From: the human T2T-CHM13v2.0 reference genome, Homo sapiens
Length of the DNA stretch: 64,000 bases
Strand: one strand, 5' to 3'
Assembly: GCF_009914755.1 (NCBI RefSeq)
Contig: NC_060925.1
Part shown: one piece after another, positions 26,347-46,680 of the stretch
Layout of the letters: each line of letters begins with the position of its first letter
Numbering within the stretch: the stretch's first letter is position 1
The notes under the pieces: generated by a model
The model's input: only the letters and a program-made list of their open reading frames with translations
Told to the model about the DNA's origin: nothing
The model's database searches: none
Position numbers and translations under genes: made by a program

Positions 26347-28184
26347 GAAATACTAAACTTCTGGTTGATTTTCTGATTGTTCTGAGAGAGGTTGGGAAGG
26401 AGGGCACACTGACCAGATGGTAGGTTCCAGCAGAGCCAGGGCATAACTGTTTTTCCCCAAATGGATTGTCTGAGTACACAGTTGTCATCTCAAGGTCCAG
26501 TCCCTCTGGGGTTCCCGTGGAAGAAATAGCTTCATTCCTGGATGCTCCTCAATGGCTGGAAGGGAGTAGGAAAGCTCTGAGACAGGTGACCCTGGCTTTC
26601 CCATGGTCTTCAATGGAGTGCCAGGAGTCCACAGGGTAGTGGCAGAAATGGAGTGGGGTTTGGAGGGGGTGAGCAGACCCATCTATACCACGTACAAGCT
26701 ATGGAAGCTTGGGCACCTCATCTACATTCTCAGAACCTCAGTTTCCCAACCTGTCAAATGGGAGAAACAGTGCATAAAGAGTGGATTGTCGGGGAATTTG
26801 TCAAGGTAATAATGCACAGAACACCTAGAAAAGTGCCGAGCCCAGCACAGACACTGCTTTCTCCTTCTTGCCATAGGCCGCAGTGGGCTGTAGGGCTTCA
26901 CTGGATTGTAGAGTCACTGCTCATTTCTAGGTGGGTGTGTTTGAGAGCAAAGCCTCAGCAGGTTTGCAACTGGAACCTCCATGCAGCACACTGTTGATCA
27001 GAGTCCACGAAAAGGTCCTGTAATAAAAGCCCAACATATTCATTCCTAAGGGTTTTTATCGGTGGTCAGATGAACACACGACTCCATCTCCAGCGGAGCC
27101 GGGGAAACGAGGCGAGCTGCCTGGGCAGTTTGGGGCCACCTTCTGTCTGCCAGACCTGGTGCGATATGACGGACAGTGAGGGCCTGCCCCAGGGCCTTCT
27201 ACAGAGCCTCAGACACTGGGGGTGCGGGGAGAGTCTGGATCATTGAGGGGACACACATCCAATCCCAGCACAGGAGGGTCCAGGTGGCACAAGTGAAAAG
27301 CCCACCAGGCATTTGGCCGTCTCCGTCTGTCCGCGCTGTTCCTGCAACTCAACACGGCGCCGCTCTTTTTCCGTTCTCTGAAGCTGCCTCCGGCAGATGG
27401 CTGAAATGCCCCTCTGAGCCAGGAGGCACCTGCGCTACGTGCGGGAAGTGGTCGGACTCCCAAGGTCATCTCCTCTCTGGAGTCATTTCCTCTCCTGAAA
27501 TGACAACTCTGTTCTCAGAGTGTCCTTGATGCTCAGGCATTGCAGGTTCCCTCTCTGCACCCAGGGTCCCAGGACAGGTCCAGAGCCCCATCATGGGACT
27601 TGGTGAGAATCTGGAGCTGGTGCTCTTCCGGGGCCACTCTGGACAGGGATGAGGAAAGTTGATTGGAGTCTCTGAGGCAGAGAGAGGGAGAGGAGCCAGG
27701 CCTCAGGCTTTCCAAACCCTTCTCCTTCTGGTGATTTGAGGTTGGTGGATAATCCTTGTGCTGCTTCCCTCTCCCGGCTGCTGGCTTTCAGATCATATTT
27801 CACTGTTCACTGAGGTTTCTACCAAAGAGTGCCAGGAGAAAAGAAAAGAGATAAAAAATACCAAATCGTTTAATGAGATTATCTACTTGCAACTCTAAGT
27901 TTAAAAAAAAAAATTGGCCAATGGGGAGAATAAAACCTGACCAAAAAGAGTACTGGAAAGATTATAGGTTGATTTCAATTCTGCCATATTTTACCTTCTG
28001 ATGTACAATTGAGAAATGGTTGAAAATAAGTTAATACTTAAGTACTGTACACATAGGGTGTTCCAAAGACTCAGACAGAGCAGTTAAATTTCCAGATCCC
28101 CTACCAAAGCCCCCAGAGCCTGCTCATGTGGTAGGAAAGTGAGTTATGATTATGGAGTCACAGAATTCTAGAAATCCTCTATTC

Positions 28185-28360
28185 CAGTCTTCGAATCAGG
28201 CCGCATATTGGAATCACCCGGGGAGCTTTAAAAATTCCTAATATTGGGGTCCCACCCGCCCCAAGAGACCTAGATTTCTTTCATCTGGGGTGCAGCCCGG
28301 TATCCAAATTTTAAAAATGCCCCCAGGAGATTCTGATATGCAGCTAAGTTTGGGAAGCAC
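28185..28360. mobile_element. MER5-family MITE
   Basis: ATTGGAATCACCCGGGGAGCTTTAAAAAT...CCCCAGGAGATTCTGATATGCAGC. Confidence 0.7.
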
Positions 28361-29513
28361 CCCATCTTCTCCTTTGACACATCTGGAAACTAAGGCTCAG
28401 AGAGGAAAGGCCTCGCCTGAAGTTACCAAGGCGGCCTTGTGGGCCTCCATCCCTTGGGCCCAGTTTCCTCAGCATGTTGTCACAAGTCCCCTCCTCAGGG
28501 AAATCACAGATTCTCATTCCTGATAAGCGCTGTCCTCCCGCATCCCATCCCCCCTCGCGCCCTAGGTGTGACTGATTGGCATGCTAATTCCCCACCGGCA
28601 TCACCCTCTGGGGGGCTTCACAAGTACCTGTCAGCTGACCACTTCCTCTTGCCGCTCCTCCAAGGCTTCAAAAACCCAGGAGAAACTTAATATGGCCCCA
28701 AGACCCTTTCATCCCATGGCTGCCTTTCATCTGAGCCTTTGAAAGTGCCGTGAAAAGTTTCAACTATCAAAGAACCCCCAGGAAGAAGGCAGCAGGCAAG
28801 GACCACTTCCCCATTTCAATGCTGGCAAAACTGAGGCTCTGGGAGAAGCTGACAGTTGCTCCAGGCTGTAAAGCTGCAAATCTTCAGCTCTGCCCTCTGG
28901 TTCCTTTTTGAGATAAATCAGTTGACAGAAACCTGTAGGGGCTGAAAGAACCCCTGCTGAGTCTTCCAGAAAGAGATAGTGAACCAGACAGTTGCTCTTG
29001 GGTGGACACTGTCCCTTGTCCTTGTCCTTATCCTCTTGAATCTCAGCAACTTGAATGGGTTCCTTACCTCTGCACCCTCAGGAGTTGGGGTTCCAGCATT
29101 TCCTACAACCACTGCCTGAGCGACCACCATTTGAGCTGGTCACTGAGTTTGCCATTAACATGGAGTCCTGCCCACCAGGAGCTCACAGACCAGATGGGAT
29201 CCAAGATGAGCACACCTGAAAAAACACTGACTTTGCAGAGCAGTGTGGTGAGATGTGACAGACTGGCAGTGTGAGTGCCTGCCAGGGGCCTGGCCAGGTG
29301 GAGGCCATGGACGGCAGGAGGGGCTGTCGACTGAGCTAAAGTGAGTGTCTCCACCTCATGAAATCTGCAGCATCAATAACATCAGCACCAACATTAGTGT
29401 AGGAAGAATCACCAAGATACTCCATGAGCAGTGGTTTGTAATGTGTTCATTACTATGCACACGTTGGTTTTGGCTTGTATGGGCAGGGCTGTACAGCTTA
29501 AAAAATGTAAATA

Positions 29514-32411
29514 TGCCAGGCACAGTGGCTCACACTTGTCATCCCAGCACTTGGGAGGATCGCTTGAGGCCAGGAGTTGGAGGCAAGCCTGGGCAATATA
29601 GTGAGACCTCATCTCTATTAAAAAAAAAAAAATTCAAAATTAATCAGGCATGGTGGCATGCACCACCTATAGTCCTAGCTACTTGGGAGGCTGAGGTGTG
29701 AGGATAGCTTGAACCCAGGAGTTGGAGGCTGCAGTGAGCTATGATTGCACCACTGCACTCCAGCCTGGGCAATAGAGTGAGACAGTGTCTCAAAAAAAAA
29801 GTAACTAGGTAAGCTCATGTGTTCACTGCTGGCACATTTTGCAAAAGAGAAAACCGATGCTCAGAGAGGTTAAGGGACTTGCCTGAGGGCCAGCAACTGA
29901 TGAGGAACTAAAGTGAAGACAGTCGGGCATGGTGGCTCACGCCTGTAATCCCAGCACTTTGGGAGGCCGAGGCGGGTGGATCACCTGAGGTTAGGGGTTC
30001 AAGACCAGCCTGCGCAACATGGCAAAACCCTGTCTCTACTAAAAATACAAAAATTAGCCGGGTGTGGTGGCAGGTTCCTGTAGTCCCAGCTACTTGGGAG
30101 GCTGAGATCACGCCACTGCACTCCAGCCTAAGTAACAGAGCAAGACTCCATCTCAAAATAATAATAATAATAATAATAAAATAAAAAATAGGGCGAAGAC
30201 AAATTCAAGAACCTGCACTATTTGTAGCGTTAGAGTCTTGACCCAGCAAGGGCAGGACCTGTCAGAGCTCATACAGGAGGCCAGCAACAGAGGCACCTTC
30301 GCCCCTGCATATTTATTCATTTCTGAAGTGTTCATTGGGCATTATCCAGTACCACATTCTGGGCTGGGGTTGGAAGTGTGGTGAACAAGGCAGACCCGGC
30401 TTCCGACAGTCTCCCAGGGATGACAGCCCATCACAAAGGGAATCCCGGTCCACGGAGATGAAGAGTACACATGGGAGGGCTGACGGTGCCCTGCAGAAGA
30501 CCTTGACCTGGTCTTGGGGTATGGGCTCTTTTAGGGTGTCCTCACCCACATTTCCACGTGGGACAGACCTCAAGCCATCTACTTAGCTCAGGTCAGGAAC
30601 TTTGATGGCTGTGTGGGTGGAAGGGGGAGTCACTTGGACGGAGCTGTGTGTGAGGGGGTGCCCCTGTCTGGATCCTGGCTGTGGAATGACACCCAGCCAC
30701 AGTTTAGTATTAGGCCTGAATGGACGCCTGCTGCGAGGAAAAGCTGTGGGGCTAAACCAGGGAGACTAATTTTAGGGTCTGAGATGGATGCTCGCCCAAC
30801 AGCCTCCACCAGCCCTTCCTTCCCCAGGCCCTGGCTGGCTCAACCCCTTCACCCCTCAGACTTAGGGTGCCTCATGGAGGCCCAAGTAAGAGATGCGAGC
30901 TTGTCCTCACACCATGCTCTCCACCACGCCTCATTCTCTTTCTAGGAAGCAGAGGCCTGCTCACGTTCCTGATCTTCTGACTTAGCGGCTTTCAAAACAT
31001 CTTTGAGTCTAAACAAAGGCTGTCGCAAAGTTCCTCGCTCAAGACAGATCTCTCTCAAGGCCCTCCTGGAGTAAATGTAATTATGTTCCTCTCCCACCCC
31101 CAGACTGAGCAGGCCTGGCCCTGGTCACGGCAGAGATTATTACAGATTTTGTAGCATCCGAGTTGTACAGCAGACACAGTAATACCAAATATTTGTGCCC
31201 TCAAAGAAATTATATTCTGCTTAGGGGAACAAGATTAGTTTACATAAAAACTATACATGAAATTTACATAAATTTACATATGTATATGCACACACAGAGA
31301 AGGCTTTATTTGAAAGGGTTGATAATGGCTACCCCAGGATAGATTTATTTATGGGTTTTTTTTTTTATGGTTTATGTTTGATGTATCTGTAGTAAGCATA
31401 GAATACTTTGTTCTTTGTAGAGACAGGGTCTCCCTTTGTTGCTCAGGCGGTCTTGAACTCCTGGACTCAAGCGATCCTCTTGCCTCAGCCTCCCAAAGTG
31501 TGGGATCACAGGTGTGAGCCACCAAGCCTAGCCTAGCATATAATATATAAAAATATTACACTAATATAATATATATTATATATATAATGATAAGAGAAAA
31601 TTTTACAAAAAATAGGACTAGCATAAGGTGATAGAGAACAGCACATAATTAACAGAAACACTGTGATGTGGGCAGCTCCGGGCAGAGAAACCTTGGTTTC
31701 CAAGGGAAGGAGGACTTGAACCAGCTGTGCAGCAAGGTGGGTGGGTGGGACTTGCAGCAGGAGGAGGAACCGTCTTAGGCTAGAGAAGGAACAGGGAGTG
31801 GAGAGTGGGGTATGCGAGGTGAGGAAGGATGGCCTAAAGCAGGGCCAGATGGCTAGGCCCTGGATTTGGTCCATGTTGTTCTCATTCCAACAACCTGGTG
31901 CCTATTGAGCCCGTTCCCTCCGCCTGGGTCATCCTCCACCCCATGGGGTGCAGGGATGAAAGGCCACATCTATGAAATCATACATAAAAGGCCTGTCTTT
32001 GGTGCCTCTGAGAGCCACTCAGGGACTTCCAAGCTGGGCAGCGCCTGGCAAATCCTCCGTTAGGCCTGCAGGAGGCAATGTGAATAATTAATTAATTAAT
32101 TAATTTATTTATTTATTATTTTTTTGAGACGGAGTCTTGCTCTATCGCCCAGGCTGGAGTGCAGTGGCGCGATCTCGGCTCACTGCAAGCTCTGCCCCCG
32201 CATTCACACCATTCTCCTGCCTCAGCCTCCCGAGTAGCTGGGACTACAGGCGCCCGCCACCATGCCCGCCTAATTTTTTTTTTTTGTATTTTTAGTAGAG
32301 ACAGGGTTTCATCGTGTTAGCCAGGATGATCTCGATCTCCTGACCTCGTGATCCGCCCGTCTCGGCCTCCCAAAGTGCTGGGATTACAGGCGTGAGCCAT
32401 CGCGCCCGGCC
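29514..32411. mobile_element. Alus (+ 29514-29800, + 29921-30188, - monomer 31415-31533, - AluY 32105-32411)
   Basis: Alu consensus; TSD GGCAATGTG around the last. Confidence 0.88.
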
Positions 32412-33599
32412 GGCAATGTGGAGAATTTAAAGCAGGTTCTCCTGCTGCAGTGGACCAAGAGTGGGCTACCCAACTGGAAATTTCCCAGGCTGGGCTCCTG
32501 GGCTCAGCACTGCCCAGACAAGTACCTGCTTGCCCCAGTCTGTGCCTCCAGCCTAGGAACCCAGGACTGAGTGTGCAGGAGGTGGGAGTGGCCTTCCAGA
32601 GTGGGCTCCCTATCCCCAGCTGCTTCCCCAAGATGAGGCCTGGGCCTATGCACCCCATCCCTGCTAGAGCTACCAGAAAGGATGCACCCTCTGTGTGGCC
32701 CGATGCTGGGTGTGTTTCTGATGCCTCACTGAGGGTCACTGTTAGGGGCTGTGGTTAGGGAAGTCCCTTCTCCCAGACTTCTAAATGAACAGTTGTAAGC
32801 TGATCCACTGTGTGGCCATCTTGCCACCTGTGCTGATATAGCCTCCAGCGCCTCATTTGGAGTAAATTTAACAGATAAGAAAAAATTCCTGGAGACATCC
32901 AGAACTCAACCCAGAGGCCCCAGAAACTTGCACAGGACAACAGGGGAGAAGAGATGGACCTCCCGGGTAAAGGGTTGTTGGTGGAAGGAAAAGCATCCCC
33001 CTTGATTTTCCTTGTCTGTGTGTCCCAGATCTTCCTCTGGGGCCGCTGGGTCCTCAGGGTCCATGCCCCACAGCCTCATGCCTGTGCTGGGGGTAGAGTG
33101 CGGTCTTCCAAGCCTGGGCCCCAGCCTGCCTGCTGTGCTGGCTCTCTGCAGGCCTGGCACATTCTGCATTTGTACTTTTGTTCACACCTCTGCTCCCAGG
33201 GTCCTTCTCACGACCTACCTAAACCCTGCCTCCTTTCAGGCTCGGCCCTGGCCCCCTTCATCCAGAAAGCCTCCTCCCCACACTCAAACCCGCCCCTACC
33301 TCTCCACCAAGCCCATATTCCCCAGACACTGAGCACAGCCAGGTGTTCTGTGGGGGGTGTAGGAACTAGGGCTTGGTGGCTGTGGCTTGTGCAGCCTGCC
33401 CTGGGGAGGATTCCCCAGAGGAAAAGTCATGCTCACATCCGGCACTGCACTCCTCCAGCCCCTGGCTCCACAGGGAGGGACTGGGGCTGTCGAGTCTCCT
33501 CTGGGTTCACACAGCGAGAGCCACCTCAGACCAGAAGACCTTGCCTTCCCAAAATGGTACTTTTGTTCTCATGCTCACTATCTTCTACCTCTCTCAAAG

Positions 33600-35150
<1,551 letters not shown>

Positions 35151-35834
35151 TCTGAGTGCTAATGGCTTTCAATGATCGCACAATGGGCAACCACGTTATA
35201 AACACGGCTCTCTTTGGCACTATTTGTACAAGTGATAAACCCAAAGTGAATGCAGATTTGGGGCAATATATGAGAATGAGCTGAGTGTAGGTCTAAGGGA
35301 GATTCCCGAGAGGGGTGAGTCGGCTGAGCCAGATGGACTTCCTCAGTGCAGGCCAGCCACTCACCCAAGCAGCCAGGCTGCTAAACAGAAGAGATTCTTC
35401 TTACGTACTGCAACTCGGGGCCTGGCCTGACACGAGTTGGTGCTTGGAGCACGTGAGTTCAATGTAAAAGAAGAGGTCAAAGTTATTTCCTCTTCCATCT
35501 ACATGAGTACAGAAAGTTCAGGTTACTATGAAGGCTAAATGCCCAATCGCCTGAGAGAGTAGAACTGTTGATTTCAAACCACATCTTCCTAGTGCACACT
35601 GAAATGAATGAGGATCTATTTGAAAGTGTCTTATTATATCCCAGATCCTCCAAGAATCTGTGTTTGATTAGATAACAGAGTGGCATTTTACCTGCAGGAT
35701 GTCTTCCAGCGATTACAGGCAATCCAAAGAGAAAATGTTTGGGAAATACACACCCAATGTGTGCAGGCTGGGACAGAGTCCAGAATTGATCTTAGGTTAC
35801 TCTGGGTGTCTGCTAACACTTTAATAAATTATTT

Positions 35835-37910
<2,076 letters not shown>

Positions 37911-39352
37911 TACACTGAAGAAAGGAATATCAGTCAAATGTCAGGTTTGAGAATATTCTGCTAGTTGTTTCAGTTCTTCGTTTCAAGTATGCAGATATAA
38001 GTTTGGAAAACTTCTGGATTCTGTTCTCTGAGGTTGAAATGTTATTTTAACTTTATTGGTTAACTGTGTGGATTGGGGTTGCAAAAGACTCCTCTGTGTG
38101 AGACGAGGCTTCAGGCAAAAATAGTGGGAGGAAGAAAAGGAATCACTATTTTAAAATACACGTTGGGTTCAGCATCTATTGTGTGCTTAGTTTTTGAATG
38201 TATATGGTGCCAAATACACAACAACAAACAAGGCTTCTTAACGAGGGGATTTAATCACTTTCCTGGCACATTAATACCTTTTGGGGGCTGTTGTCTTTCA
38301 GTCTGTTGTAACCACTGGTTCTGAAATAAACTTCAGGAATTGTGGAGGCCTGGGCAGCCAGAGGAGAGGAAATCAAAGTGAGGCCAGGATCAAAGGGGCA
38401 AACAGCGCTGCGGATCTCAAGGTGGAAGCAGAGCCGTCGACTCCCCTCGGCTGTCTTTTCCTGGTTTTCCCTTTAATAAATACCCAGGATCTCGGCCAGG
38501 TCTTAGGCAGTGGAGGGCCTGACTTGAACAACAAAGAGAGCCCGGGGAAGAGAGTACTTAGCACTTGGGGAGGAAAGACAGGCCTCTGTGATATTTGGGT
38601 GATTCAGTGACAGGAACCGTGGTGGGAAATGTTGAGGACGCAGAACGGGACAGTGACCCCAAGTGGCCCCATCCTGCCCAGACTGGGCTGCTGTAGAACC
38701 GGCCCTGGATCCAGATAATCATGTTTTTTTTTCCCTACTGCCTCTTGTATTTACTGGTCTTCCCTCATTATACAGGAAGCATCCTTGAGGATTGTCTTCT
38801 ATTTCACCTTGCCTTCCCTTGTGTCTATTTCAAGTTACTGACAGACTAAATGTAAATAATGGCCAAAATCTCTCAGCAAATCAAGTGGTGAGCTCGCCCA
38901 GGTGCTGGAGAGGGAGGAATCCAGATCCTAATCTCAGTGATTGCTGTCTTCAGCTAACCCTGAACTTAAGTTTGCTATGCTGGAGCTGGTCAGCTGATGT
39001 GCTTCTGTAGAAAAAAAGCACTTTATGGAGCTTTATACATCACAGGGTATCTGTTTTGGGAAAATAACTTGCAATAATTATTTTAAAAATTATATTGCCA
39101 AGGATAGGGCTCTTCCCATTTTCCTATTGAAAAACTGAATATAGAAGAATTAGCAAATGGATATGTGATATACATATCCATTGTATGCCTGCAGCAGGGT
39201 AACTGAGTCAGGAATCTAGAACTTGGATATAGTGAAAACCATTTATATGTTTATAAGTGTCTGTCAAAGAAGAGAAGTAGCAAATCATTTTAATTTCAAG
39301 TGCTTTTGTAGAAACTCAATATGACTTCTATCTTTCCAACCCTAGTCAATGA

Positions 39353-40037
<685 letters not shown>

Positions 40038-41149
40038 AGAGAAGAGGGGGAAAGAAAGGAGAAGGGGTGGAAGGAAGATGGAAGAGCAGGAGGTAAGTAT
40101 ATCAGCTGCCCAGAAGGGCCTCAGGGGCTACACAGGACACAGTCCCTGCCAACCCCACCCCTTACCACAGCCAGGAGAGAATCAAGCCCAAAATTCTTCT
40201 CTGCAGCAGCTCCAAGAAAACTTTCCGCTTTGCCACCTGGAATGTCCACCCAGGATAAAAAGATCCAAGCTCTTCTGAGACTGTCTTTTGACCTTCTAGA
40301 ATGCAGAGACAGGACGGGGATTGTGCCCTGAAAGATCCTCCCAATAAAGATCTCCCTTTGAGTCGACCACAGTGAGTGATCCCGGTGAAATCAGCGCTCA
40401 GGTGCTGGGGGCAAAAAGACCTGGGCCTCTGTGTTCCTCTCTTGAGTTCTTGCACTGTGGTGGGGCAGTTCCCATAGTGGACCATGGGTTTCTCTTTCAA
40501 TAAGGAGAGCTCAGTGACATCCAATTCGACAGACATTCACTAAGGGGCCTAGCACCGCGCCTCACGCAGAATAGGTGTACAAAGCAGACACTCAATAAAC
40601 TCAGAAAGGGAGAGGTGGGTTCCTGCTTGCTAAGACTTTATATCTAGCAGATAGAGAAACCATAACCATAGCACAAAGTAGAGAAAATGGGAGCTTTCAG
40701 AGCCCCAAGGGGCAGAGGAAAGAATGATGATTCAGGGCGCGTGGAAACTTCATGAGGTGGCTTTCATCTCCTCCCATCCAATAGACGGGTCTTAAGCATT
40801 GTTGAGTATCTCCAGAAAGGCCAAACTGCGCCGTATCCTCTGCTAATGGGGCACGTTGCCAACCCCGCCCTACCTAGGGTATCTTTATTGGTGGGCCCAT
40901 GGACATTCCAGCCAGACCCCCCCACTCCCCCCACCCATTTAATCAGGAGGAATGTGCTGCCCCCTGGATCCTTTATCTTCACCCCCCTCCCCGCTTGGAT
41001 TCAGGATGTGTTAGGGAGGCTTGCAGAAGACAGGGGCCGGGCTGTTTGACCAACCTGGTACAGGGTCTAGCACATAGCAGGGGTGGTAAATAAATAGCTT
41101 TGATGAGGACAGACGCGACTAGGGCAAGGCTCAAGGCCCAGGCCATGTA

Positions 41150-41996
<847 letters not shown>

Positions 41997-42428
41997 TAGG
42001 TCTGGACTGCGGGCTCCTGAGGCCACACCCGGGACGTTGCAGGCACGGTGCTTCCCCTGAGGCTCTGCGTACTAGACTGAAATAGGGGGTGATATCGGCA
42101 CCTGCTGCATAGGGTGGTTGCGAGGCCTGTGTGAAATAATTTAGGCCTGCACTGAACGATTTCTCTCATTATTAAATATAATAAGGGCTCCTAGGAGGCT
42201 AGCCGGTCCCCTGAAATGGCCAGAAAGTAATTCCCAGCAGGAAGATAAGAAGTTTTACACTTTTTCTTTATCCGGGAAGAAGACACAGATGAGGGGCAGT
42301 TGGGGTTTTCCTCTGGCTTTGAGCGTGAGAATGGTAGCTGAAAACGGGGAAGGCTGGCTCGCCAAGTTACCCCCATGCTACTTTCTTGGCAAGTGTTACG
42401 TTTTGGGATTAGATTTGAAAGGATGTAG

Positions 42429-42811
<383 letters not shown>

Positions 42812-43374
42812 TAAAGTAATTTAGATCAGAATCTTAGAGTTGGTAAGGAGAAGCCTGCCTTTTTGTCTGTCTGTAGCCCCGTGGTCGGTGTCCAAGCGCA
42901 GTTTTAAGTAGCAGCCCTCATTTAAACACTGGGAGAGTGGACTTGTTTTCTCTGCACCCCTGGCGGTCATACAGCTGTCAGTCTCAACAGCTGGCATGAG
43001 CAAAATACCTCCTTGATTAGTTTGACAAGGGAGTGCAGACCTTAAAAAACAGGTTTTCTTCATAATTTAATGCAGTTTTTTTCTAAGAATTCTAAGTGCT
43101 TCCATTTTTGTGACCCCATTTTTCATGAAAATTTCTCTAACTAAAGAGTAGATAGAACTAGGCATTATTCCAATGTTTCCATCTGGGAATGGGGAGGCAA
43201 GGAAAGCCAGGTGTTCTGAACTTCTAATCGTCAACCCAAGTGCTTTCTGAAGACAAGGCTCTGGAGAGGAAGCCAGGGGATGTTAAACTGGAACTTACCA
43301 GTATGAACTGTGAACATAATGTTAGCATAAAAAACTCCAACCAAAAGCAGCTTTTATTTTCTCCCCTCTTCCAG

Positions 43375-43680
43375 GTATGGTTCCAGAACAGGCGTGCCAA
43401 GTCTCGGCGTCAGAGTGGGAAATCCTTCCAACCTTTGGCTAGGCCGGAGATTATCCTCAACCACTGTGCTCCTGGAACTGAAACGAAATGTCTGAAGCCC
43501 CAGCTGCCTCTTGAGGTAGATGTGAACTGCCTGCCCGAACCAAACGGGGTTGGAGGGGGCATCTCTGACTCTAGCTCCCAAGGTCAGAATTTTGAAACCT
43601 GTTCCCCTCTCTCTGAAGACATTGGTTCAAAGCTGGACTCATGGGAGGAACACATCTTTTCTGCCTTTGGTAACTTTTGA
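43375..43680 (+). CDS. MIXL1: MIXL1 coding exon 2 (helix 3 VWFQNRR, acidic C-terminus); 232 aa in total
   Basis: Acceptor TTTTCTCCCCTCTTCCAG|GTATGG; [13 protein letters not shown]...[14 protein letters not shown] (TGA 43678-43680); Q50 paired-like homeodomain with the canonical PRD-class intron position. Confidence 0.98.
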   Translation, partial: VWFQNRRAKSRRQSGKSFQPLARPEIILNHCAPGTETKCLKPQLPLEVDVNCLPEPNGVGGGISDSSSQGQNFETCSPLSEDIGSKLDSWEEHIFSAFGNF

Positions 43681-44265
43681 GGATTCTGGGAGAATTCGGG
43701 ATAAGCTCTGAGGAGCCATGACTGACAGCCTGGGAGAGACACATCAGCATACTGTCCTTTCTGACTTCCATGCTAAGGACATGTCCTTGTTAACCTTGAT
43801 GATGGTTTTGACAGCACCTCTCACATTTGAAGGTACCCCGCCACTTTGTCAATGACGTTTTAAGCCCACACTCCCACCCCAGAGTTCCCGCATTCGTTTT
43901 TACCTGTGTTCTCTCCAAGCCTGCACATTCCATTGGTCTGCATCCCTATGCCTTCTTGCCAGGCCTGTTTTTAGTTTTTGGACTGGTTGTTCAGAACTCA
44001 TTATTTTCTTCACAAGAATGCCTCAGCTTGACTCAGTTTCCCCTTGTGTTTGACAGCTGCCATTTTCTCCTGGTCCCTCCAAGGCTTATAATCTTAAAGT
44101 CACTCTACCCCGTCTCTTCAACCCTCATCCTAGGTTTATTACTTTTTAAAATTGGGCCTGTCATCTTCACGTTCAATCATAGCTCCAATGACTCTGCATG
44201 CAGATTATTTCGACAGCCCCCTTGCCTCTAGCTTCTCAACTACTTAAAAAAAATTACCCTCTGTG

Positions 44266-44608
<343 letters not shown>

Positions 44609-44901
44609 TTATAAAAAGCTTTCAGTTACCCTCCCAGATAACTGATATCATCCTTAGCCTGCAGGACAGCTATGCAAATCTGAAGGTCAACTATCCACAA
44701 TATATGCTTTGGTCTTAAAGTCACTCCTTTCAGTTTTGAACCAAATTCATACCTTTTGCTTTCAAAACACTCGAGGACTCCCCACCTGCCTTCTGAAGTC
44801 TGAAATTTTCTCTAAGTAATCCTGATTTTGCACCTGTTACTTCGATCACTCCATTACCCTTAGCACTTGTTATTGTACTTCCTGTGCAAGTTTTGTGGAT
44901 T

Positions 44902-44907
44902 ATTAAA
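44902..44907 (+). terminator. MIXL1: Probable MIXL1 polyadenylation signal (ATTAAA)
   Basis: First canonical-type hexamer I could find after the stop codon; UGUA upstream (TTGTAC ~44874), T-rich sequence downstream. Confidence 0.65.
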
Positions 44908-45403
44908 TGTCTTTCACAAATGTTCCAATGTAATTTCTATTTAAATGAATTCTTCTAGATAACTCCTAGTACAGTGCTTCACTCCACAATTGCTCAGTAC
45001 ATACTATGTGGCCATGAAAGACATTTCTAAAAGTTTCTGCAAATGTAGTTTTTAGCCAGTAATCAATATTATATCAGCAGGCCACTGAGCTGAGAAATTT
45101 AATTGGGTTAAAAACATTTTTGCTTGAATGTTTAATAATATTTTGTGAGTATTTTGGTTTTGGGAAATTTCTCTTTGCAATTTATAATTCTAAATGTATG
45201 TAAATAACCGTTTCTAAGTCAGTCTAAGATCAATTAAAATATTTTGATATTTTGAGAGTTTTCAAACTCCTTTAGAGTCAAAGGAAATGGTCTGTGTATG
45301 AGGCAACCACAGGTGAAGTTTCTTTGTAAACTGTGCTTTAAAGTAGGCTCATGGGATGCCATAGCTAGCTAGGGCCAGGACATCATGTCTTGATGGTTAC
45401 TAG

Positions 45404-46680
<1,277 letters not shown>

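Noticed and set aside
43371-43380. CAG|GTATGG as a recursive or dual splice site
   Set aside because: Forced by the Val-Trp codons that follow the conserved PRD-class intron; the intron is short
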